IMG/VR virus record: IMGVR_UViG_3300037467_001462
Span: 26,755 to 90,754 of that record
From: a virus
Strand: one strand, 5' to 3'
Length of the DNA stretch: 64,000 bases
The notes under the pieces were generated by a model. It was not told the origin of the DNA, made no database searches, and worked only from the letters and a program-made list of their open reading frames with translations. The position numbers and the translations under genes were made by a program. Shown in pieces: positions 46,569-54,365 of the stretch. Position 1 is the first letter of the stretch, and each line of letters starts with the position of its first letter.

Positions 46569-47663
46569 ATGCACATCGATCAGATGATCGATCCCGGCCT
46601 CCTCGCCGACATGATCGAACAGGGCTACATCCGCGAACAACGGCATCCGAGCTACCCGTACCGGATCCTCAACTACACCGAACACGCGCAATTCGACCGC
46701 GAATGGAACGAAGCCACCCTCCAATGCCGCGGACTCGTCATCGACGAGGACGGCAACGTGATCGCGCGTCCGTTCCGGAAATTCTTCAACGACACCGAAC
46801 ACCTCGGCGAGCACCTGCCCGCCCTCGACCTCGCCGCGCCCGTTGAAGTCACCGACAAAATGGACGGCAGCCTCGGCATCCTCGTGCCCACAACCTGGGG
46901 CCCGATCATCGCTACACGCGGAAGCTTCCAGTCAGAACAGGCCATCTGGGCGACGAACTTCTACAACCAGACATGGCCGTTCTTCCATCCGCGGCCTGGA
47001 CTCACGTACCTGATGGAGATCATCTACAGCGCGAATCGGATCGTCGTCGACTACGGATTCAGCGACCTCGTTCTCCTGGGCGCGATCGACATCGAAACCG
47101 GAAACCACATCCCCGCCCGAGACCTCGACTGGCCCGGCCGCAAGGTCGAACAGTTCGACTACCGGACCCTCGCCGAAGCGCTGGCAGCTCCACCGCGCAC
47201 CAACGCCGAAGGGTTCGTCGTCCGCTATCTCGACGGATCTGGGCAGATGGTGAAAATCAAACTGGCCGAGTACATCCGCCTCCACAAGCTTGTCACCGGG
47301 TTGAGCGAGCGCGCTGTCTGGGAACACATGTCGACCGACGGCCGATTCGAAGACCTCGTCGCCAACCTGCCCGACGAATTCCACCGCTGGGTCACCGACG
47401 TCTGGGACAACCTGTGGACCGAATTCGACGGCATCTCCGGTGAAGCCACCTACCGCTACATGCGGATCCTCGCTTCACTAGCCGGCACCGAACGAGACGA
47501 CCGCAAGACTTTCGCCCGTCACGCGGTCGCCCACGGCGACTTCGCGCCGCTCCTTTTTCTGCTCTACGACGGCAACGAAGCCAAATACGACGCCGCCATC
47601 TTCAAACGCATCCGCCCCGAAGGCGACACCCGCATGTGGACCAACCAGGAGAACGCCGCATGA
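46569..47663 (+). CDS. RNA ligase (T4 Rnl1-like)
   Basis: CRGLV, RPFRKFFN, TDKMDGSLG (motif I), ATRGSF, EGFVV, KIK..EY; TACACT -10 7 nt before ATG. Confidence 0.92.
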   Translation: MHIDQMIDPGLLADMIEQGYIREQRHPSYPYRILNYTEHAQFDREWNEATLQCRGLVIDEDGNVIARPFRKFFNDTEHLGEHLPALDLAAPVEVTDKMDGSLGILVPTTWGPIIATRGSFQSEQAIWATNFYNQTWPFFHPRPGLTYLMEIIYSANRIVVDYGFSDLVLLGAIDIETGNHIPARDLDWPGRKVEQFDYRTLAEALAAPPRTNAEGFVVRYLDGSGQMVKIKLAEYIRLHKLVTGLSERAVWEHMSTDGRFEDLVANLPDEFHRWVTDVWDNLWTEFDGISGEATYRYMRILASLAGTERDDRKTFARHAVAHGDFAPLLFLLYDGNEAKYDAAIFKRIRPEGDTRMWTNQENAA

Positions 47664-48610
47664 GCATCGAAGCCGTGGACGTCATCGCCTCACCTCGCCG
47701 TCCGAAAGTCGTTGTGCCGAGAGGTCTGCCCGGATCCGGCAAGTCATCGCTCTACGCCGAGCTGAAGGCCGCGAACCCGCTCCTCGCCCGCGTATCCCGC
47801 GACGACGCGCGCAAAGCCCTCTTCGGCGAAACCGGACGCCTCGACAACGACCGCGAACACATCATCACCAAAGCCGAACACGCACAAGCCAAAACACTCC
47901 TCGCCGCCGGATACAGCGTGTTCGTGGACGCCATGAACCTGCGCGCCCGCTGGGTCCGCAACTGGGCCGACCTAGCCGCACTCGCCGGCGCCGACTTCGA
48001 AATCATCGACCTCGACACCCCCGTAGACGAATGCGTCGCCCGCGACAAGGCCCGCGGCGAAGCAGGCGGACGATCCGTGGGGGAGCAGGCTATCCGGGAA
48101 CTGGCGGCACGGTTCCCACGCAAGACATGGCCGAAGGTGCAAGCGTCACCGGATCTCTTCTTCTACCCGGAGCCATATGTGCCCAATGAGTCGCTGCACC
48201 CAGCATGGATCTGCGACATCGACGGCACCGTAAGCCGCATGACCGATCGTGACCCGTACGACTTCACCCGCGTGAACGAGGACGAGCCGATCGAACACAC
48301 GGTGACTGTCCTGCGGAAACTGGCGAGCAGCGCCGTCATCATCATGTTGTCGGGACGCGACGACGACTGCCGCGATATCACAGAGGAATGGTTGCGCGTC
48401 AACAAGATTCCGTGCGATGGCCTGTACATGCGGGCTGCGGGGGATAAGCGACCCGACTACCTCGTGAAGTCGGATTTGTTCAATGAGCATCTCCGTAACC
48501 GCTTCCGGATCCTCGGTGTCTTCGATGACCGCCTCTCGGTGTGCCGCATGTGGGACCGCATGGGCCTGCCGTTGATGCGACTCGGCAAACCCGACCACGA
48601 CGACTTCTGA
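47660..48610 (+). CDS. Polynucleotide kinase / 3'-phosphatase (Pnk-like)
   Basis: GLPGSGKS P-loop, SRDD; HAD DIDGT, SGR, FDDR. Confidence 0.92.
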   Translation: MSIEAVDVIASPRRPKVVVPRGLPGSGKSSLYAELKAANPLLARVSRDDARKALFGETGRLDNDREHIITKAEHAQAKTLLAAGYSVFVDAMNLRARWVRNWADLAALAGADFEIIDLDTPVDECVARDKARGEAGGRSVGEQAIRELAARFPRKTWPKVQASPDLFFYPEPYVPNESLHPAWICDIDGTVSRMTDRDPYDFTRVNEDEPIEHTVTVLRKLASSAVIIMLSGRDDDCRDITEEWLRVNKIPCDGLYMRAAGDKRPDYLVKSDLFNEHLRNRFRILGVFDDRLSVCRMWDRMGLPLMRLGKPDHDDF

Positions 48611-48681
48611 TGGCCGAGTCCGCCATATACGCATCCACTGCCCCAACCCCACCACGACGAAACGACACGGAGCGTGACCGA

Positions 48682-49296
48682 ATGACCGCAGACCTATTCG
48701 CAGACGTCCGCCGATTCAACCTCGCCGCAGACGTCCGCCTACGCGGCGTGCCCGGTTGGGTGCCGGCAGATGAAGTCGAGCTGGCGTTGCGTCTGATCGA
48801 CGAAGAACTGGGGGAGCTGGGTTCAGCGATCGACAGCCGGGACCTCGTCGAAACCGCGGACGCTATCGCTGATTCCCTCGTGGTGCTAGCGGGTATGGCG
48901 TTGCGGCTCGGTGTCGCTCGCACGTTCCTGCCGAGTTTCCTGCACAACCCTCCCGGACACGCCACCTGGGCGTTGTTTGATGCGGCGGACGGTGGCGGCT
49001 GGATGGACCAGCTGGACGAGTTGAACGCGCGCCTTCATGCCGCAGTCCACGACGAGGACCTGATCGAGGTGGACAACGTCCTCCACCTGACCATGTTCGT
49101 GCTGTCGGATCTCGCGCTGCAACTGCGGATCCCGCTCGCGGCAGTCTTTCAAGAAGTCAACGCGTCGAACATGAGCAAGCTGGTCGACGGCAAGGTGATG
49201 CGCAGAGGCGATGGCAAAATCCTGAAAGGCCCCAACTTCCGGCGCCCGAACCTCGCTGGAGTGCTCGCCGCGCACGGATGGGCGGAGGCAGCCTGA
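48682..49296 (+). CDS. MazG-like / PRA-PH NTP pyrophosphohydrolase
   Basis: EELGEL...ETADAIAD, EVNASNMSK, RGDGKILKGPNF; start could be 48610. Confidence 0.85.
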   Translation: MTADLFADVRRFNLAADVRLRGVPGWVPADEVELALRLIDEELGELGSAIDSRDLVETADAIADSLVVLAGMALRLGVARTFLPSFLHNPPGHATWALFDAADGGGWMDQLDELNARLHAAVHDEDLIEVDNVLHLTMFVLSDLALQLRIPLAAVFQEVNASNMSKLVDGKVMRRGDGKILKGPNFRRPNLAGVLAAHGWAEAA

Positions 49297-50138
49297 TGGC
49301 GAAGCTGACCAAGCAGGAAGAGAAGCGTCACGCCGAATCGCTCGCCCTGGTCGACCTCGGCCGGGATCTGACCGAGGAAGAGAAGGAATTCGTTCTCGAA
49401 CACTTCCAAGAGGCATCGACAGCGGCGAACAGCACACACGGCGCGTTCTTCACCCCCGCAGGTTTGGCACGCGACATGTCCATCGAGATCCCCGACCAGG
49501 CTGCACGAATCATCGACCTGTGCGCCGGCATCGGACGACTGTCATTCGCGTGCCGGAACCTGTTCGGGCATCGCTGGGATGGTGACCCGTTGCGTGAGTT
49601 CGTTTGTGTGGAGCGGGATCAGGAGTATGCGCGGATCGGTCGCAAGATCATGCCCGAAGCGACCTGGATCGTTGGGGATGTGCTCGACATCCCGAACATG
49701 GGGTTGGGTCGCTTCGATGTGGCGATCAGCAACCCGCCTTACGGTGCGATCAAACGCGGCATGAACGCGCCCGGATACGGGGGCCGCAAGTTCGAATACC
49801 ACGTTATCGCAGTAGCTTCCGCGGTCGCGGACTACGGGGTGTTCATCATCCCGCAGATGTCCGCGCCCTTCGCTTACAGCGGCAAACCCTGCTATGAGTA
49901 CACAGGCGGCGACCGCGAGTACGCGAAGTTCACCGATGCCACCGGGATCGTGCTCGAAGCCAACTGCGGCATCGACACCAGCTATTACCGCGATGAGTGG
50001 CACGGCGTTTCTCCGGTCTGCGAAATCGTCACCGCGGACTTCACTGAACTGCGCGCCAACGCTGAGCCCGTTTCTGTCGCAGCAATTTCGGTCCCGGCGG
50101 TTGAGGATGGCCTCTTCGATCTAGGGGAGGCGGCATGA
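49296..50138 (+). CDS. Amino-methyltransferase (probable N6-adenine DNA MTase)
   Basis: GAFFTP, IDLCAGIG, SNPPY. Confidence 0.85.
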   Translation: MAKLTKQEEKRHAESLALVDLGRDLTEEEKEFVLEHFQEASTAANSTHGAFFTPAGLARDMSIEIPDQAARIIDLCAGIGRLSFACRNLFGHRWDGDPLREFVCVERDQEYARIGRKIMPEATWIVGDVLDIPNMGLGRFDVAISNPPYGAIKRGMNAPGYGGRKFEYHVIAVASAVADYGVFIIPQMSAPFAYSGKPCYEYTGGDREYAKFTDATGIVLEANCGIDTSYYRDEWHGVSPVCEIVTADFTELRANAEPVSVAAISVPAVEDGLFDLGEAA

Positions 50139-50425
50139 AGACCGCTTCGAGTCCGACGATGGGTTACTGCCCTGGCTGCGGGAAACTCGCCTACAAGTCG
50201 CGGAAACTGGCGCGCCTGATTGTGCGGCGCAGGTTTCCGGGGGAGCAGATCCAAGCCTATCGGTGCCCGCATATCGAAGGCGGGTGGCACGCGGGACACA
50301 CAGCGCCGGAGGTTGCGTCGGGGGAGATACCGAAAGACGTCTTCTACGGCCCGAACGGCGTGGGGGAAGTCAGGCGCAGGGCAGGGACACGCAAGTACAC
50401 GAGACGACGGGACGACGCAGCATGA
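50135..50425 (+). CDS. Small zinc-finger-like hypothetical protein
   Basis: CPGCGK..Y.S...A...AYRCP...GWH. Confidence 0.7.
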   Translation: MKTASSPTMGYCPGCGKLAYKSRKLARLIVRRRFPGEQIQAYRCPHIEGGWHAGHTAPEVASGEIPKDVFYGPNGVGEVRRRAGTRKYTRRRDDAA

Positions 50426-50508
50426 CCAGTATCGGCGACCGCATGAAGGCTTATGAGGCGGTCTACAACCACACCTTGACCCCGAACTCGCCTGACGGGC
50501 GGGCCTGA
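50422..50508 (+). pseudogene. N-terminal remnant of Thg1-like tRNA(His) guanylyltransferase
   Basis: MTSIGDRMKAYE...LTPNSPDGRA*; continuation GRAFHTYRG at 51482-51508. Confidence 0.65.
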
Positions 50509-50510
50509 AG

Positions 50511-51548
50511 GTGCTCAAAGGCGCTGCACTCGTTAACGCAAAACGGCAAGCCATCGCCCACTTCGAGCAAGGTCTCCGCGTCTCTGAAGTCGCGAAAGCG
50601 ACCGGCATCCAGTCAAAGACCCTCTATTCATGGCATCGGATGTGGCGACAGAACGGAACGGACCGTCTGATGGCGCGACCTGAAACCCACGAGACCACAC
50701 CGCTGACGCTTCAGGAGCGCGAAGTATTGGACGGCCTGATGCTTGGAGACGGGTGTCTCAGCCTGGGGAAGAACAGCCGCAATCCGTGTTTGCGTATCAC
50801 CCGCACCGCTACGGACCTGGACTACATCCATTGGACGGCGGACGTTTTCCGAGCCCGATTGACTGACGCTTCCGTGCGAGTTCGGACCATCTTCGACAGC
50901 AGAACTCGTAAGCACTATGAGCAGGCGAAGTTCAGGACTCGGTGTGATTCAGCGTTGCGGGCTCCACATCTTCGCTGGTATCCGGACGGAACAAAAGTCG
51001 TGCCTGACGATCTGCGACTTTCTGCTGTTGCCGTTGCGGTCTGGTTCGCGGATGACGGGTCAGTGTGCGCGGCATCGCGCCGGAGCCCCGAGATCAAGTT
51101 TGCTACTCACGGATTTCAGGGGAGCGACGTTCAGCGCCTGGCCGACCTCCTTTCGGATCGGTACGAGGAGCGATTCCCGGTGTATGCAGCCGGAAAGCCG
51201 GGACAATTTATGATCCGAGCTGGTGGATCGGCAGCGAAAGCACTCCTTCGGGACATCGATCCCGTCTTCCCTCCGCTCGCCAGAAAGGCTGACCGCTGGC
51301 GAGACTCGGAACTTCTCACTGACCGGGTCGCACCTCCGCCGTGCCCGCGCTGCGCGTCCAACCGTGTTTATCGTTGGGCACGCATTAAGGGTGTGCAGCA
51401 ATTCAAATGTCAGGCGTGCAGTCGAGTGTTCCGCGAAAGCTACGAGCGAGTCGGGCGGATTCCCCAGCTGGATCCAGACCAGGCCGCGCGTTCCACACGT
51501 ATCGCGGGGCACCTCGCCGGCGGGCAGGAATCGGAGGCGGCTGCCTGA
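50511..51548 (+). CDS. Free-standing LAGLIDADG homing endonuclease with N-terminal HTH and C-terminal zinc ribbon
   Basis: VLDGLMLGDGCL and AVAVWFADDGSV; WYPDGTKVVP; CPRC...CQAC. Confidence 0.9.
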   Translation: MLKGAALVNAKRQAIAHFEQGLRVSEVAKATGIQSKTLYSWHRMWRQNGTDRLMARPETHETTPLTLQEREVLDGLMLGDGCLSLGKNSRNPCLRITRTATDLDYIHWTADVFRARLTDASVRVRTIFDSRTRKHYEQAKFRTRCDSALRAPHLRWYPDGTKVVPDDLRLSAVAVAVWFADDGSVCAASRRSPEIKFATHGFQGSDVQRLADLLSDRYEERFPVYAAGKPGQFMIRAGGSAAKALLRDIDPVFPPLARKADRWRDSELLTDRVAPPPCPRCASNRVYRWARIKGVQQFKCQACSRVFRESYERVGRIPQLDPDQAARSTRIAGHLAGGQESEAAA

Positions 51549-51809
51549 TTTGTGGCGGTAACTCGCCATCACCAATCGAATTCCGCCCGATTTCCGGTGA
51601 TTTTCGTCACAAATGGCAATTTAATTCGCGAAAATGCCAGGAAATCGGTAGGGGTGTGCTACATTTTCGGCGGAGCATTATGCTCGAATCAAGTTTTCGC
51701 GGATGCCGCTCCTAGGATTGCGGTTTCCAGCTGTGCGCCAACTGTGAAGTTTCCCGCCGCCCTCACGGGTGGGCCGCCCTTCGCAAGTAGCGCAACAAAT
51801 GAAGAAAGT

Positions 51810-51877
51810 TCCCCGGTAGCTCAACGGCATGAGCGCCGAGACGTCGGAGGTTCCGCGTTCGAATCGCGGTCGGGGAG
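51810..51877 (+). ncRNA. tRNA-like RNA (Asn-like body) with truncated anticodon arm
   Basis: Acceptor TCCCCGG/TCGGGGA, D arm GCTC/GAGC, T arm CCGCG-TTCGAAT-CGCGG; anticodon arm only CCGA-GACG-TCGG. Confidence 0.75.
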
Positions 51878-51904
51878 CAAAGCATCGGTTTAGCGGCCGA
51901 TGCT

Positions 51905-52111
51905 GGTGGTGACAGAGTGTGGGGTCTTCCGGGAACGCGGGCCCTAATGTGCACAACGGGAATGTGTTGGGACCCAACGGCAAGTGCTGAGGGCTCACCT
52001 GAAGGCTTAGCGGCCTGAGGCTTCCAGTCTTAGCGGACAAGTGTTGTGGCGCCGGGAACTTACATGACTAAGTGTTCGTCCCCCGGTCGAACGGCTAGTA
52101 ACCGTCCCACC
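51905..52111 (+). ncRNA. Candidate structured ncRNA
   Basis: Closing GGTGG/CCACC with several internal hairpins; no convincing ORF. Confidence 0.4.
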
Positions 52112-52193
52112 AACTAAACGTTGCCGCAGCCTGTAGGTTGCGGAAGCGGCCCTGGTAGTCATCCGGACGGTTGACGAGCCAGGGCCGCGGCAT

Positions 52194-52264
52194 ATGGGTG
52201 TAGCTCAGTGGTAGAGCGGCGGTCTCCAAAACCGCGCGCGGGAGTTCGATTCTTCCCACCTGTG
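52194..52264 (+). tRNA. tRNA-Trp(CCA)
   Basis: ATGGGTG/CACCTGT, GCTC/GAGC, GCGGT-CTCCAAA-ACCGC, GGGAG-TTCGATT-CTTCC; CCA not encoded. Confidence 0.92.
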
Positions 52265-52308
52265 CAATCGTTCGGCCCGCCCTGGCGCGTGGGAGTGGGC
52301 CGGATTTC

Positions 52309-52387
52309 CCGGTTGAGCACATGGTGTGCACGGAGGCTGTAACCCTCCCGCCTTCGGGCACAGGTGGTTCGATTCCATCCGGCCGGA
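52309..52387 (+). tRNA. tRNA-Tyr(GTA), atypical
   Basis: GGAGG-CTGTAAC-CCTCC, long variable arm, GGTGG-TTCGATT-CCATC, A73; short D loop, C1-G72. Confidence 0.75.
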
Positions 52388-52405
52388 CGTAGCCACGGTG
52401 CACCA

Positions 52406-52460
52406 GCATCTAGCGAGAGTGGCATGGGTTTCCCGGTTCAAGTCCGGGCCGCTAGATGCA
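52406..52460 (+). ncRNA. Minihelix-like tRNA mimic (closing stem plus T arm only)
   Basis: GCATCTAGCG/CGCTAGATGC stem enclosing CCCGG-TTCAAGT-CCGGG. Confidence 0.55.
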
Positions 52461-52462
52461 TT

Positions 52463-52546
52463 GGAAGGTTCCGGCCTGTGGAGGCCAGCCGGTCTTGAAA
52501 ACCGGAGGGGCGGTAACACGCTGGGGTTCGACTCCTCAACTTTCCG
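52463..52546 (+). tRNA. tRNA-Ser(TGA), 8/4-compatible fold
   Basis: GGAAGGTT/AACTTTCC, GGCCT-GTGG-AGGCC D arm, CCGGT-CTTGAAA-ACCGG, long variable arm, G73. Confidence 0.85.
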
Positions 52547-52551
52547 CGTCG

Positions 52552-52634
52552 GGAAGGCAAACCAGGCGGGGCCTGGGACTCGTTGCTAGCGAGATCGAGC
52601 CGCTGCGCTTGGGGATCGTGTCCTCTACCTTCCG
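52552..52634 (+). tRNA. tRNA-Ser(GCT), divergent 8/4-type
   Basis: GGAAGGCA/TACCTTCC, CCAGG/CCTGG D stem, CTCG-TTGCTAG-CGAG, GGGG-ATCGTGT-CCTC, G73. Confidence 0.65.
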
Positions 52635-53370
52635 CATACCACCCGTCGCCTCTGGTGGCGGGCTTAAACGGCGGTAACAGTAGAGGGTCCTCCCGTTTCG
52701 GCGCGACAGCCCTTGCGGCGCATGGTGTAGCTGCGGCAGCCATGCGCCACCGCGGATTTCTTTGCCAACTATTCGGAATTTCCGAACGGTTGCCGCGCCG
52801 ACCTGCGGTTTTCTTTTTGCGCAGTAAATGGCGGTGGGTATGGCGATGATGGTTCACCGCAACTGTTCTGCCGGCTGTTGCCCTCCACCTAATCGCGGAA
52901 GCGTTCGGCAGCGGGAGAAGCGTGAAAGCGGCGGCTGGGCCGACGAGTACGAGCCCACCGTGGACGAGGAACTGACCGACTACTGCCCGCACGATCTTCG
53001 TGTGTGCCCGTTCGATGTGAGCCTGTGCTGTACCGCAGCGAGATCGGAGTCCTGATGTCCGACTACTACTCGCCTGGTTACGCACCGCCGGTTCCTGGTG
53101 CGGACTGGTTCATCAACGGACGTCGTTACCGCGAGGTTGTCCGCTGCGATTTCAGCGATACCGCTAGTGAAGCTCTCCTGGAATTCGTTGAGGAGTCCTG
53201 ATGGATATCGAAGACGAGTTCTCCGAGACCATTCGGGAGTTCAGCGAGCTGTGCGACTTTCTGCTTACGGGCATCCCTAACATGAGTTCTGCGATTGACG
53301 AGATCCTTCGTCCGCTCTACCTCGAAACCGCTGCCGCCTATGCGGCATACCGCGTGGGGGAGTAGGGCTC

Positions 53371-53604
53371 ATGGTTGACCCGAATCCCGGTATGGGCGCA
53401 TCTAGGAAGCTGAACGAGTGGTGGATCACTGGTGAAGGTTCCGACTGGAAAGCCAGTCCAACGCCGTACAGAACGCTGAGAAGTCGTTTGCTTCAGCATA
53501 TGTCGATTGAAAAGGCGTCCGGGTTGGCCGCTGAATACTTTCACGCCGCCCTGGGGTACTGGCCCGGATCGAAACAGCATCACCGCGAACACGGCGGCAA
53601 GTGA
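53371..53604 (+). CDS. Hypothetical phage protein
   Basis: ORF with W...G...H...GYWPG; coupled to the next gene. Confidence 0.6.
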   Translation: MVDPNPGMGASRKLNEWWITGEGSDWKASPTPYRTLRSRLLQHMSIEKASGLAAEYFHAALGYWPGSKQHHREHGGK

Positions 53605-53933
53605 GCGCTCTCACCGATGAAGACTGGCGGCCGATCCGCCGAACCCGAACCAACACGAGGATGAACAGCGTGAGCCAGGAAATTCCCGACGCCTGCGACA
53701 TCGAGATCATCGAGCGCACAACTGATACCGACCGCGATGGCGCGCACGGCATCGTTGTACCGAACGAGATCCGCATCAACGGCAAGCGCGTCCTGACGCC
53801 TCAGGCTCATCCGCCGATCATCCACGAGATCACCACCGAGGGGCACCAGCCTGTGATGGTGACCATCACCTTGTTCGCGCGCACCGTGAGCGTCAGCCAC
53901 GAGACCGCGACTGAAACACACTTAACCACGTAA
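53601..53933 (+). CDS. Hypothetical protein
   Basis: Coupled ORF; VVPNEIRING motif. Confidence 0.6.
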   Translation: MSALTDEDWRPIRRTRTNTRMNSVSQEIPDACDIEIIERTTDTDRDGAHGIVVPNEIRINGKRVLTPQAHPPIIHEITTEGHQPVMVTITLFARTVSVSHETATETHLTT

Positions 53934-54143
53934 GCGTGGTGCGACCTCCCTGTTGAGGTAACGCAATTGGGTAGTGGCGGTGCTGCCCAGAGAACACCTA
54001 CCGCATAGCTGAAATGGCGAAAGCCCCAGTGTGCTTGTGCCGCATTCCCTGACGGGTAGAGGCGACGCAGAGGCGAGTACCGCTTGCCGAAGCAGAGGCG
54101 AGTTACTACCGCTTGGGTATCACTGGGGCGTTCTGCCGTCATT
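53934..54143 (+). ncRNA. Candidate structured ncRNA with internal repeats
   Basis: Nested stems 54013-19/54137-43 and 54023-31/54121-29; three AGAGGCGA copies. Confidence 0.45.
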
Positions 54144-54365
54144 CTATCAGATTTCCGTCACCACTCTCGTACCCCATTCACGCATCCGGGGTCGCCGCTT
54201 CAAAGCTGGCCGCAGAGTTTCCAGGTGGCGGGGGCCGTCGAGCATGCGCGATCCCTCCTCTCCGCGCGCCACGGCCCGGCCCGCTGATCCGTTGGTCGCT
54301 ACCTGGGAGATCAGCGGGCCCCAAACCCCTTTAGTTTCACCCGCTAGGCCAGGAGCCACCCCAAC

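Noticed and set aside
50509-51560. Group I intron interrupting thg1
   Set aside because: The endonuclease ORF fills the whole gap, leaving no room for a ribozyme core, and the downstream frame lacks the rest of Thg1 (no QSDE motif)
52463-52546. tRNA-Sec
   Set aside because: The D arm is Sec-like but the anticodon is TGA (Ser), not TCA, and the acceptor branch is 12 bp rather than 13
52552-52634. Amber suppressor (CTA in the loop)
   Set aside because: The 7-nt loop TTGCTAG centres on GCT after U33; CTA is off register
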